Below, one piece after another: positions 35,724 through 48,290 of a stretch of 64,000 nt of DNA. Source of the DNA: Harriotta raleighana (Eukaryota); contig JBNZDD010013721.1 in the NCBI GenBank assembly GCA_050575255.1, positions 9,496,357 to 9,560,356 of the forward strand. Reading direction: 5' to 3'. A program made the translations under genes and the position numbers. The notes beneath the pieces were generated by a model. The model was not told the origin of the DNA. It worked only from the letters and a program-made list of their open reading frames with translations, and ran no database searches. Position 1 is the stretch's first letter, and the number at the start of each line of letters is the position of its first letter.

Positions 35724-36045
35724 CAACAACAACAACAACAAAATTACACTTGTATAGCGCCTTTCACGTCGGGAGGATGTCCCAAAGCACTGAACAGTCA
35801 GGTCGGGACCCGAGCAGAGGGTGGAGGATTGGGGATAGGGGTAGGGGGAAGGAGAGTGCGAGAGGGGCAAGAGTTAAGGGGGGAGACAAAGGCGCGGTCG
35901 AACAGGAAGGTTTTGAGACCGGCCTTGAAAGGAGGTAAGGGAGGAAGCAAGGCGGAGGGACTGCGGGATGGAGTTCCAGAGTGTCGGGGCAGAGAGGCTG
36001 AAAGCCCAGCCACTGATGGTTGGGCTCCGCATCCACAGCCCGAAC
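35724..36045 (-). mobile_element. L2 LINE 3' fragment, well preserved
   Basis: Translates TISGWAFSLSAPTLWNSIPQSLRLASSL / FKAGLKTFLFDRAF; perfect (CAA)n tail; CpGs retained. Confidence 0.93.
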
Positions 36046-37129
36046 ACTTTCTTTTTCATGTGTATTCAGAGAAAATATACAGTATTGTGATTATCTAAAG
36101 GTTATTTTCTGGTCCTTTGCATTTGGTAACTCTTACATTTCAGAACTTCAGACAGTGATTCAAGGCCATCTGAGCATTTTCTTTCTCTCCTGAGAGAAGA
36201 GAAGCGAGTTTAATGGTGGTGTTTCAGTGAATATATATTTTTTAATGGTTTATAAAATTTAGATGTGTGTGTTTCTGTAGAAAAAAAAGCTTTATGTTAT
36301 TGAATGAGCTAGATATGTCTATGGTTGGGCATACTTACACAAACAAACACATATATGTATTACTGAAGGGGGGCTCATAAATAACTGATATGTACAATTT
36401 CATCAGCTCAATAAAGTGAGATGTAATTTTAATCACAGTTTGCACATCCTATTGCTTTTACACCATAGTTTCACTCTGATTTAAAATGCAACTTTTCAAA
36501 CATGATATTGAATCTCTAGATGTAAATCATCTTTGTCTACTGCATCCTAAATGAAAATCAGCCACCTTTCATCTAGAGGTAAAAGATAGCGTAGAATTCT
36601 AAGCCATCGATCATTAAAAATATTGATAAAAGTAATCATGGAACAAGGTGCAAACAAAGGTGATCAAAACTATGCCAGTATTTCAGAATATGACATTTGC
36701 TTGGAACTCTCTGTGACATTTTGAGATATAATGGCTGCCTTATGTAGGAATATCCAATTTAATCTTCCTCCTTTATTTCAGACACATAATTAGACAAACT
36801 GCTGTGGAAATAATGTCCAAACTCTCTCTTGTTCAATCATACTTATTTGAAAATATATGGTCTCTTCTCGGAACCGCCTGACCTTTTCAACAACAACAAC
36901 TTTGATTTATATAGCGCCCTCCTTGCCAGATCTTGTCTCAGATTGCTTCTTTCGTTCGAGAGAGGGAAAAGTATATTTGCCAGTTTTAAAAAATATATAT
37001 ACAGCATATATCTGAAGTTGAGTTAACAGCAGAGTTAGTGATTCCTTTCAAAGAGGTCCTTCTATCAGGTAGAAAATGGAAAGAAAGCAAAATTGTTATT
37101 TTTTTTAATATCCAAGTGCACTCTCCTGA

Positions 37130-37860
37130 AATGTACTGTTGCTATGGATACAGTCATTGATTAGTCAGCGAGCGAGCGGTTACAACATATGATAATAAGA
37201 TTTCCAGCACATGTAAGAAAATGTAGGTTGAAGCTGCTCAGTTCAAAATATTTCCATTTAATTCCGCTGTTGCAATCTCAGTACAAATATGTTAAATACT
37301 CGGGTGGTCAAGGTGTAAACAGGACAAGTCACGTGTTGGACAAAATAAATCGAAGGGCTTGAAAGAACACAGTTTCTTTCATTTCCATTAACTGGTGTGT
37401 GCCATTGGTGTGGTTTTTTTTTCCCCAAAAAAAGCCTTTAGTTCTATTTTGTGGTTTGACAGCTAATTATGTGCTGCTGAATGAATATGTAAATTAAAAA
37501 TTACATTTAATTTCCACCACACCTCAGTGGAAAAAAATTGGCAGGATTATTCAGGTGTTTGCGGAAAAATATGCGCTAAATTTCCTCATAAGCTTCTAAT
37601 CCATCTACACTCAATTGTTATGATTTTTTTTATTGTTGCAACTGAAGTGCAGTATTTCAAACTAAGTCGGTGAAAATTATTATTGTGTTGTTCACTAGCT
37701 ATCCTGAATTGGTTGTTGCGTGCTTGTAATTGTTTTTCCTATTATAGAGTGTGCGATGAAAACGTTACTTACGGTGGGGCTGCAGTGTGCATTAACGCTC
37801 TTGTCTCATTCTGGTTCTTGTCTGTGATTTAGAGTGTTGCTTTTGCCGCCGTGTGCAGAA
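37130..37860. promoter_or_regulatory. Candidate conserved non-coding / enhancer block
   Basis: Repeat-free and complex; TGTAAACA (forkhead), CACGTG (E-box), TGACAG plus TAATTA (TALE/homeodomain) and ATTGTT (Sox) motifs; conservation untested. Confidence 0.3.
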
Positions 37861-38266
37861 TGCATGATTATGTTGCTAACCTGTTGCTGTGTCTTCATGA
37901 ACTGCTTTTACCTTGCTTCACCACATCTCGGTGNGTCTGCTTGATTATGTTGCTAACCTGTTGCTGTGTCTTCATGAACTGCTTCTACCTTGCTTCACCA
38001 CATCTCGGCGTCCACCTGGACATGGTAAACAGACGGCAGTCCAGCAACCCAGCAAGTGANTGATTATGTTGCTAACCTGTTGCTGTGTCTTCATGAACTG
38101 CTTTTACCTTGCTTCACCACATCTCGGTGTCCACCTGGACATGGTAAACAGACGGCAGTCCAGCAACCCAGCAAGTGAATTAGCTGATGGGCTCCAAGGC
38201 TCTCGTTTATTTATGTTCGTGCTTGGCTCTTGCGAATGTGCTGTCGCACTCACAGTTCACAATGTT

Positions 38267-38585
38267 GGAGTCCTGTAGCTCAGTGGTTAGAGCACTCACC
38301 TCGCAAGTGAGGCACCTGGGTTCGCTTCGCCCCCCCCCCCCCAGGGCAAAACCTTGGGCAAATTTCCCTGCTACACCGGCCTGATAATAATTCCTCCAAA
38401 AAAAAGCAATAAGAAATTTGCAACTTCGATCCACGACTGTTTGTGGGACGCTGCTGTGCACAATTGGCTGCCGTGTTTCATCCACAAATACACAGTCAAT
38501 TCACTCTACAGTATATTCGGCGATGTCCTTTGAGATGTCTAGAAGAAGTGAAAAGTGCTACATCAAATGCAAGCATTATTATTAT
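38267..38585 (+). mobile_element. Full-length tRNA-derived SINE with L2-type tail
   Basis: A box TAGCTCAGTGG, anticodon arm CTCAC-CTCGCAA-GTGAG, degenerate B box GGTTCGCTTC, body, tail CATCAAATGCAAGCATTATTATTAT. Confidence 0.93.
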
Positions 38586-39269
38586 GTTTTGTATCAACAA
38601 AACCTTACCAGCTCTGTCAAAGCTCCTGCACAGCAGCAGCTCAGAACATTTGATGAAAATCTAAACATGATGCACACTTTTGTGTTTGCAAATGAAGCTT
38701 CGTTACATGTTGGCTGCAAGAAAGCTGCTCATAGAATTATACAGCACAGAAGGAGGCCATTTGCCCCAATGTATCTTCGCTGGTTCCGTAAACAGCTGTC
38801 CAACTCAATCCCATCGGCCTGCTTTTATCTCCATAGCTCTGCAATCTTATTATAATAATAATCTTGTTCTCCCCAAATACCTCTCTACTTCTCACTCAAA
38901 ATATTCTGGCTGTTTGAGATAGTAAAAATATTAGGAAGGGAACAACATGTTGATGTGCATCTTTGTTTGCATGAGTTGTGTTCAAAATTTAAAGTTATTC
39001 CACAGATATACATTTTGTGGCAAATTTACATTCAATAATGCTAATAAAACTATTATACTCGCATGTTTCACAGATATGAATATGTCCCAATAAATGACCA
39101 CATTCATTTGAACAATGGAAATAATGATATAACATTCATTAAGGCCATCATTCAAGTACAAGACTGTTAAACTGCAGTGGTTCTTTGAAGTCTGAAGACT
39201 GTTTTTATTTACAAGCATCGATAAATATGTTTCCATGCAGGTTTTTTTTTTCCTGACTACTTATAAGAC

Positions 39270-39492
39270 AATTGTGAAGGCTGGAGTCCATTCCGAGATT
39301 CCCTCTGCCCCACTCCCTTCCTTGCTTCCTTCAAGGCCTGTCCCTAGAACTTCTTCTTCGACTGTGTCTTCAAACTCCACCCCACACCTGCCGACTCTCC
39401 ACTCACCTTGATTCCTATCTCGTAACTGTTTGCACCTCGGGATGTCCTTCCGATGTGAAAGGTGTTAGATAAGTGGAATTTTGTTGTTGTTG
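39270..39492 (+). mobile_element. L2 LINE 3' fragment
   Basis: CTGGAGTCCATTCC...CTTCAAGGCCTGTC...GGGATGTCCTTCCGATGTGAAAGGTG...(GTT)n. Confidence 0.85.
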
Positions 39493-39574
39493 TGTGGGAA
39501 GATGAGGTTATCAATCTCAGAAGTGGGAGAAGCATACCTATGTCTCTCATCTAGAGTATTCCCCCCAGGTTTAA

Positions 39575-39652
39575 ATAACAAGAAAATTGTACAGTATTTA
39601 TAGAGCACCCTTCATGTCGGGAAGACGCCATAAGGCGCTGAACAGTCAGAGG
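39575..39652 (-). mobile_element. Solo L2 3' tail
   Basis: TATAGAGCACCCTTCATGTCGGGAAGACGCCATAAGGCGCTGAACAGTCAG. Confidence 0.75.
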
Positions 39653-42313
39653 TCAGGACTACAGGTTTAAAGCTGATAATACAGAATTTTCCAGGCATAG
39701 AGAACATGGCATTCAAGGGTTTGTGACTAAATTGTAGATACACTTTTGCAATCATTCACATTTTTGGACCCCAAGACTGCAATCTAATTTACGAAGTTGA
39801 ATAGCATTGTTGCAGCTCTTGTCATCTAAATGTGATCTGACATATTTTTGTTCTCCTCATTGAATACGTAAAACAGTTAAATCTAACAGGCTTCTCTGGA
39901 GTTGAGAAGTTAATTTCATTCAACATTTTACTGTATTAATACCATACAACTGGTTCTTTTGTTCAGGAATCTATATGGTTAAGATAGCTTGGGTCAAACC
40001 ACTCAGTTTTAGTGGTGTACATCTTGGTTTGATTAATTCACAACTCACATTTTCTTTATTGTATTTTAATGTTTTAATGAAGTCACTATTGCCAAGCCTG
40101 TTGGCGTTCATGTTAGCTCTGCAAAATGGCATTACACCAGTGACTGATGCTATATTGATGAAAAGTCCAAAAACCTAAAGCATTCTTGTACCAATACAAC
40201 TGATTTCCCTGTAGACCTGGTGGTGGGTTTTGCAATAAGCTGATCTGATTTTAAAGCTGGATAATAAAGGATTCATGAGTTAACATACTTATTGCTTGCT
40301 TAAAAAAAACAGCAGACTACAATGCTGGCGGATATATTTGTGTACGCAGTTAATTTTAAATGAAGAAAGCTTGCTCAATAGACCATTTTTGTTTCTTTCA
40401 GCCAATTTAAATCGGAAGTTGATTCAGAAATTTTTGAATTCATTGCACATTCTAAAGCAATTCCTGGCCTTCAGCAAAAAAATGATTTGAAAAATTTCTC
40501 AACTAAAAATGACAGTACGTAAGGTTAGCATTACTCCCCTCTCTGTTTGGCTGAAATTCCAACTGAATTACTCATAGCTTCTTGGGAGATACACAATTGT
40601 AATGGGAAATCCCATTCTCAGATAACGGAGCCAAAGGCAGTATGTGCAACAAAGACTAGAATTTGAGGTGGAAACCATGTGTGTGTGTGTCCCTTCTGGG
40701 ATTGAGCAGGTATTGTAACCTTCTTCGATTAAACCCTGAAAGCGTTCTCAAATCAAACACGCAGCAAAGGCAGGACTTACTTTTTGAATATGCATTAAAT
40801 TTCCTTCCAGAACCAAAATCTTCAGATTTGAATTAACCTTTAGATTTTTTTTTTTAAAAAGAGTGCTCATGGGAGAACCTTACCGAGGAAGTGGCAAAGG
40901 CAATAAGTCTCAGCTGAATTGAGAGAGACTTCAAAGTTACAACAGACGTTGACTTGTTTATTTAGAGTATCATGAAGCNAAAAAGAGTGCTCTTGGGAGA
41001 ACCTTACCGAGGAAGTGGCAAAGGCAATAAGTCTCGGCTGAATTGAGAGAGCCTTCAAAGTTACAACAGACGTTGACTTGTTTATTTAGAGTATCATGAA
41101 GCTTCAATATAGAAAATTGCCCATGAGATCTGAATCAACTTCTGATTCTGGGATGATTTCCTTATGTTTACAAAACCCCAGTTCTGTTGTTTTAAAGTGG
41201 CCATCCTTCATTTTCACAGAACTTGAAGAGAATCAAAGCAAAACTGGTGATACAGATGGAAGATTTAAAAAAAATCAGATAAAGGATCTGTCCCTTTAAT
41301 AAAACGTACATTAGCAATATTTATAGCGACAAAATTAAAACAACCAGAGTGCTGATTGTTTAATTGGTGATTTAATTCAACAAAAATGTACACTTTAGTT
41401 AGTTCGCTGGTCTTATAACCTTCATAAACTATAAAACAATTTATTATTCCGTGTTATTGAATTTGTTGCTAACCAATACAGAAAATAGCATTGACAACGA
41501 AATTCAAGTGGTAATAAAATGAATGGCACTGAAGTGAAAGATTATTCTCTGTACGGTAATATATTTTCCCAATTAATTTTAATGATGGATAACGAATGTA
41601 AGAACTTTGAGGAAGCACTCAGTCACTCCTACACATACCTTAAGATGCATACACATGAGAGCTATTAAAAGGTCTGCTATTTAGGAGTGGTGGATTTTCT
41701 GTATTAAACTAATCTACAATTATACATATTTACCCCGAATTTGTTTGAACTCTGGTATACTGGAATATATTGCTAACCAATGCTACAAAGTAAACAGTAT
41801 TTAAATGTAAACATGAAACCATATTTTAGTGTGGAGTTGGTGTGTGTGTTTCTGAATACACTGTCCTTCCGAGAAGATGATAGACTGGACAAGTTGGTAG
41901 CCAAATTGAATTTGGCAAATATAGTAATGTGTTTATATTCTATTACAATGGCTAACTTTTTTTTATTCAAATGATATTGATGGCAACAGCAGAAAGATGG
42001 GCTTTAGTGAGTCTGAGGTTTTTGTTACATAGATTAAAACCTTCTGAATTGCATGCCAGTTGTAGATACAGTATACCAAAAGGACAATGTAATAAGTGAC
42101 AGCTTGTCTTGTTCATTGCAAAGCAAAACTGTAACCTTGGATAGGAAAAGTATCCCTTGTCGTGACATAATAATTGTACTGTGTTGTTTGCAACTGAATA
42201 ATATCAATGGACTGCTCAATCACTTTCAAATTTAAATTGGACCTTTTCCCGGTTTGAATTGCTTGAGTCACTGCCACTGTGAACGGCATTAAAAATTTTT
42301 TGGTGTGTTGAGA

Positions 42314-42542
42314 GTGTCTTTACACTTGCATAAACCCATCACCGTGATTAAGAGTACAGTATCCAAACCGAAGTGAGATTGCCATGCATCACGCTTCCAC
42401 ATGGAAATCCAAGAGATAGATTGTTGGAGTGGAATCCGCACTCTATCCCTGGAGGGATAACAACAACAACATTACATTTCTATCGCACCTTTCACGTCGG
42501 GAGGACGCCCCAAGCAACATCACCTGCCTACCTAATTTCAAT
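42314..42542. repeat. Unclassified interspersed repeat, copy 2, with an inserted L2 tail (42459-42515, minus strand)
   Basis: Matches 152-320; insert AACAACAACAACATTACATTTCTATCGCACCTTTCACGTCGGGAGGACGCCCCAAGC. Confidence 0.75.
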
Positions 42543-43334
42543 ATGGATTAGGAGCAGGTTGGCAAATGCTAAGGCTTGGGGAGCCCAGAGTGTGAGTAGG
42601 GGTAAGTCTAACCAGCTGAAACTAAATTGCCATTGATATTGCTGTCCAACGAGCTTTCCTGCTGCTTGTCCAGCTAGGACCATTAAGGCTTTGGCTTGCA
42701 GAATGAACAGGAGCTGAATGAGATGATCGAGTAGTAAATGATCAGCCCCCGATGCTGCATTATAAAATGTGTCACCTTAAAATGTGAAAAGTTTCTTTGT
42801 GTTCAAAATCATTCTGAATTTAAGTAGTTTTATCCCAATGTCCAACTGAGCAAATCTAATAACGAACATGGGCAGACATAATTTTGTCACAAGTTAACAT
42901 TTATTTTGACTAGATTTAAAATGTACTTTTTAAAAAAAAGACAAGCAGCTAATCTAATTTGCATGCAGTATTGATTCTCGAAGCAATTAAAATTTCATTC
43001 GGAATTATTAAATATTTATCAGTTTTTGATGTCAAGCATAATCCTAACAATTAGGTGTTCCAAAGAAACGTGTTCTACCCAGGAATTTCATGAAAATGCA
43101 TAATTTACTTCTGAGCTCTTGGTTACTGCAAAGTTGAGCAAGTAAACGAACAATATTCACGAGCGCATCAAATCTTTGAATATTTAGTGATCTGTCGAGC
43201 CAAACATGAACGGTAGAGAATGATGGTTCAGATGGAGATTGAAACATAAACACAAGCAGTCACTTGCACAGAACTGAGCAAAGGAGTTAATTGGTCCACT
43301 ATGAAAGTGGTGGGACTCCAGAAGAGGACTCGCA

Positions 43335-43515
43335 TTCAGCAATTAATAATGAATTTGTCATTCATTCCGCAACTGTTTGTGGAACACTGCTCGGTGCAAT
43401 TGCACCCACAAAATATACAGACAATTTACTTCACCGTATATTCTGTGAAGCTCTTTGAGAAGTCTTGCAGATGGGATAAGGCACTACATCAAATGCAAGT
43501 ACAGTATTATTATTA
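43335..43515 (+). mobile_element. SINE 3' half
   Basis: CTGTTTGTGGAACACTGCT...GTGAAGCTCTTTGAGAAGTC...CATCAAATGCAAG. Confidence 0.85.
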
Positions 43516-43562
43516 ATTCATCTCATTGAGCTTCTAGATGCATGATATGACACTCTCTATAG

Positions 43563-43752
43563 AGAGCTCCTGTGGCTCAGTGGTTAGAGCACTCGCCTTA
43601 CATGCCTTACAAGCATGAGACCTGTGTTCGAATCCAGGCAGATCAGGGCGAAACCTTGGGCAAGTTTCCTTACTCCACATGCCTAATAATAATCCCTCCA
43701 AAAAAACTACAATAATAAAATTGGNCAAGGATTATTATTATTATTATTATTT
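43563..43752 (+). mobile_element. SINE 5' half with intact Pol III boxes; middle lost at the N (43725)
   Basis: A box TGGCTCAGTGG (43573-43583), B box GTTCGAATCC (43626-43635); joins directly to CAAGG(ATT)n after the N. Confidence 0.9.
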
Positions 43753-44736
43753 ATTATAGGGGAGGTGGGATGAGAAACAATCACCCAGCAACTCTGCCCT
43801 CATTTCCAAGAGAAGGAAAAAGTTTTTGAAAACCATCAAAAGTCCATCTCGAAGTTTATTCAATAACTCACCAGGCATTTGGAATCGCATGTGACACAAT
43901 CCAATACTAAGAAGAATCCAATACTAGGAAGAATAATCCTTGTATTGGTAGTTTGAGGTGTGAAGCGTTCGCAATGGTCCAGACATGTCATGCGGAGACA
44001 ATCTGACAGTAAAACTGGCATGAAGTTGCTCTTGTTGAGCAAATCTTCAAATGCACAAATTACCTGAATCAAACCTGCTCTTTCACTTATGTGTGTGTGT
44101 GTATATATATATATAATACACACATATATATTGAAATGGGAGGGTCAATAACTGGCAAGGTAATGGGATTTCTATGACTATGAAGAGGGTNCGTGTGTAT
44201 ATATATATATATATAATACACACATATATATTGAAATGGAAGGGTCAATAACTGGCAAGGTAATGGGATTTCTATGACTATGAAGAGGGTTGGCTCAACA
44301 ATGCCGAAAAACGAATCGGAGATGGGAGCAGATATTAAGCATTCCATAATGGCCTTGGCCAGCAGTGATAATGATAGTTCAGCAGCCAATTCCTCCTTGT
44401 GAGGCAGTACAAGTGAATCTGCTGGTTTTCAGAGAAGCAGCAAGAAAATACAGGAGAGAGAAAAGTGATTCCTTTTTTTAAAAAAAAAACTAACTTTATC
44501 TGTTTAGTAATAACTTCAAAATGTGATAACAATTTCAATTTGTTTCACCTGCATCCATCCAGTTTCCAATCCCGTTTTGATGTAACTGTGACGATTCAGT
44601 CTTTCCCCACAACAGAAGATCTTTAAAACTCTTTTGACTAATCAAAACCTGGAAAATGCCGCAATGAGATTTAATCCATGATAACAGACTCTGGAGTCTT
44701 GAAAGGGATTTTCCTATCACAGTGTTTGAGGAATAC

Positions 44737-44925
44737 AATAATAATAATCATTGCATTTGATATAGTGCCTCATCACATCTTCAAGACAACTCAAAGTGCC
44801 TCACAGAATATCCTGCAAAGCAAATTGATTGTATAAACTGTATTGTGGGAGAAACATAGCAGCCAAATGCGCACTGCAGTATCCCACAAGTTGTGAATTG
44901 AGTGACCAATTTATTGCTATTATTG
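44737..44925 (-). mobile_element. SINE 3' half
   Basis: AATAATAATAATCATTGCATTTGATATAGTGCC...GAGTGACCAATTTATT. Confidence 0.88.
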
Positions 44926-46779
44926 TTTTGTAATCATCCATTATTCTAAGTTATACTTAAATTCTTATCTAAATGTACAACGACAAGCTGTTTGCCTTTC
45001 TTGAAATGATTCCTCCCACGATAGCCAGTCAGTTCAATTGAAGTTTGGTTTTGTTTTCCCTGTATCTTGCTCGTTCGTACTCCTCCTACACTCACCCGTA
45101 GCCAAGATCCCTCAGAAGCCAAGTTCCACTGATGTTTTTCAGGCAATTGAAGCCTAAACTTCCACATAGTTTTAGCCTTTAAATCTGATTTGTCTTCAAA
45201 TTGAAGCTGGTGCGAAATCAATTTTTGATTTCCAAAAGGTTTTTCCCTTTCTAGAAAAAAGTTAAAATTAAGATGGAATGTAATAACTTCCCATAATTCT
45301 ATGCATACTTAGTTTGTACGATTGTGAAGTTTTAATAACAAAGACTTTGGTCAAGTATTGGGTATTTTGTCTCTGGTTTTGATGGTAACAGATCAGCCTA
45401 AACATTTACTATAATAATGATGATAGGTCAGTGCCTTGCTACTTAAACTTCAATTGGATCCATTTAATTTAACAATAAGCGTTTTGTGCAAATAACATAG
45501 TGCTTTATTTCTGAGTGTATGTTGATCATTTCCAGGATGATGAGATCACTGCAGCTTTTCATTTCAAATAAAAGCTTATTCCAACCCAGCCATTACCATT
45601 TTATGTACTTTTTGAAGATAGCCTTTATGTCCAAACGTCATTGTGTCAAAGGAAAGTCACTGTGGAATAAAATGTGATGGCATTATATTTGAAACCAATC
45701 CCTTCACAATTTGTAGATGAGGAATTTAAGAGACTTAACTTCTTGGCCTCATTTTAAATTCTAGCACTTACCAGTGGAAGCCTGATCCTGTTGTTATAAT
45801 TCCGAAGAATCTTTTAACAGTCAGATGAACTGTGAATGTTCAATAGAAAATGCAAATTACCTCCAAAAGCACCCAAAATTGTTACAAGGGGGGGGTGGGG
45901 AGGCATGAATAAGCCCACTGAGGTTGAATCTCCTAAAGCCTATCTCTTCAACAGTGTCTGTGGTCATCTCCACCGACACTGGTTAATATGTCTCAGCACT
46001 AAGGATTCAATTTTCTACCCCAGTCATCCCGTGGCCCTTTTGAGTTTAGAAATTTTGCTGAAATAAAGGAATGTTGGTCTATGACCATCAGGAATTAGTG
46101 GGAGGACATATCACCTGGGTCCAAATTTATTCTATTTATGTAAGTGCTGTATTCAGAGAGTCTTAACATTTAACATTGAAGCTGGCTTCCTGGAAGTAAT
46201 TAAGAAAGTGAGCTTCAATGGTAAAAGATTTAATTCAACATATTATCAAAATCTGGATGGTATGAAATCCTAATTAGAGTACTGTATATCTGGAGTAATA
46301 ACTCCCCTTGAATTGTCACTGCGTTTTCATTTTAAGTAGAACTTGTATAACCTCCATCACCTGGGATGAAGATATTTTCCTATTTAATTCTTATTTCCAC
46401 CCGACCAGTAAACCTATAAGCTACCACAAGGCATCAAGATTTGTACCTTCCTCTGATGTAGGATATTGTAGGCGAGGAGGTTGGTGTTTGCAAGCAATGT
46501 AATAGAGATTGCAAGCTATCTCCACATAGGTTTCTCCTTATATTTAGAGAGTTGGCCATCACAAGGCCGGATCGCATTGACCTGATTTTCTCATCACTTT
46601 TTCTTGCCAAAAAAAATCCTTCATTATACGACACATCTGAGCTCTTACAGTCAAAGTGACAGGACTCAACTGATGTCTTCAAATAGCATTTGTCAGAGCT
46701 CGTCACTTCACCCTTTTGCGACCCTTCGGTAGTGGGCAAGGTAGTGGTCTAAATTATCTCCTCCCTCCTCGCTGTTATG

Positions 46780-46868
46780 GAGTTAATTCACATTACAGTA
46801 TAGTCTGCAAAGCACTTTGTGATGTCTGAATGATGTGACGAGGTGCCATATCAAATGCAAGGATTATT
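46780..46868 (+). mobile_element. SINE tail fragment
   Basis: AATTCACATTACAGTATA...GCACTTTGTGATGTC...TATCAAATGCAAGGATTATT. Confidence 0.8.
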
Positions 46869-46902
46869 TTCAGTTAAGTATTCATACATTGGCATTATTT
46901 GT

Positions 46903-47246
46903 GGAGTACTGTAAATCAGTGGTTAGAGTACTCGCCTTGCAATCGAGAGACCTGGGTTCAATTTCAGGCAGGTGAAAAGCATGAGAACTGTGTTTCGAAT
47001 CCAGGCAGGTCAGGGTGAAACCTTGGACAAGTTTCCTTACTCCACACGCTTAATAATAATCCGTCAAAAAAAACGCTATAATAAATTGGTCATTTTCAAT
47101 CCATGTCTGTTTATGGGACACTGCTGTGCGCAATTGGCTACCACGTTTTGCCTTCAAATATACAGTCAATTCACTTTACAGTCTATTCTTTGAAACGTCT
47201 AGAAGATGTGGAAAGTGCTATGTCAAATGCAAGGATTATTATTATA
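46903..47246 (+). mobile_element. Full-length tRNA-derived SINE with a duplicated B-box segment
   Basis: GGAGTACTGTAAATCAGTGGTTAGAGTACTCGCCTTGCAATCGAG, two successive GTTC.A.T.CAGGCAGGT units, body and (ATT)n tail. Confidence 0.92.
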
Positions 47247-48182
47247 TGGTCGCACGAGGAAACCAAACTAGGCAGAAGGTACATGTCGCACATTTTTTCA
47301 GTAATTGCAATGTTGGGCAACGAGCTACAAACTAAAAATAACATTCTGTTCAACCATTACCATATGTTCCAAAGTAAAATCTAATAATAAACTTTTCAAA
47401 CAATTAGCTTGATCAAGGGCATTTGTTGTGCTTTCTCAATGGGAGGATGAAATGTCCACCTATTTTGCAGTAAACCACTTTGTTCATAAACCAGTGGCCT
47501 CTGATATCTACTGCTTTAACATCTTCTGTGCTAACCACCCTATCGTTTTCTGAGTAAGATCTCTAATGCATGCCAAATGATAATTGTTCAAACACATGAG
47601 AGCTTGCACGCCACAAGTATGAATTTATACTGCGCTGCCAAGTTTGGTTGTAAATTCACCTATAAATGCTGTGGTATTTATGGGTTTCTAGATCTTTTAC
47701 TGAGTTCCCACCCACAATTACTGCATGTTTTTTTCCTTTTGACCAACGCTGTCTGTACCACATATGTCTATCTGATTTCTTGTGTGTGTGTCAATAATTA
47801 ACTTTGTTATTAATTATTTTGTAATAAGCTCATAATTATTTAAGTACCGTTTTCCCCTGTAGTTATAAATGGTCAACCCTATATCAGGAAGCATGGAACT
47901 GGAATGAAAATTCTGTGATTTGTTTTCAGCCAGAAATAGATGGCATAATTCAATAAAATCAACAGTATCCTCTAAAACTATTGACTTGTTCAAGTGTGAA
48001 TCCTATCAAAGATACTTTATACTGAAGTCTTCTGAAGTTCTCTGTGCATACAGAGGATTTCTGATTTTTAATTTGAGTTCATTTAGACCTCGAATCCAAA
48101 CAACCATAGAAAGATACTGGACGGAAAAAAGACGTTTAGTTAATTGTGTCTTCACTGGCTCTTTGAAAGAGCAATCCATTCA

Positions 48183-48290
48183 ATAATAATATAATTCTTG
48201 CATTTTTGATAAAGCACTTTTCACATCTTATTGACACCTCAAAGCGCTTCACAGAATATACTGTAAAGTGACTGTATATTTGTCAGCGAA
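48183..48290 (-). mobile_element. SINE tail fragment
   Basis: TTCTTGCATTTTTGATAAAGCACTTTTCACATC...CTCAAAGCGCTTCACAGAATATACTGTAAAGTG. Confidence 0.85.

Noticed and set aside
37865-38178. Three tandem copies of a ~115-bp unit resembling a minisatellite or CRISPR-like array
   Set aside because: Copies are separated by single Ns, have no spacers and are near-identical: an assembly overlap artefact; eukaryotic context with no cas genes
38267-38335. tRNA gene
   Set aside because: No acceptor stem or terminator; continues directly into the SINE body
38418-38855. 145-aa ORF
   Set aside because: The first half is a translation of the SINE body; the same pseudo-peptide (VCGTLLC.IG...IQSIHFTVYS...KCYIKCKDY) recurs at other SINE copies
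43871-44002. Minus-strand exon candidate with ACTGTCAG acceptor and CTG|GTGAGT donor
   Set aside because: Unrecognisable peptide; contains a local 17-bp tandem duplication (AATCCAATACTA.GAAG); no partner exons
46434-46739. 101-aa minus-strand ORF
   Set aside because: Non-ATG start, no domain, no splice support; length is within chance expectation for six frames of 64 kb
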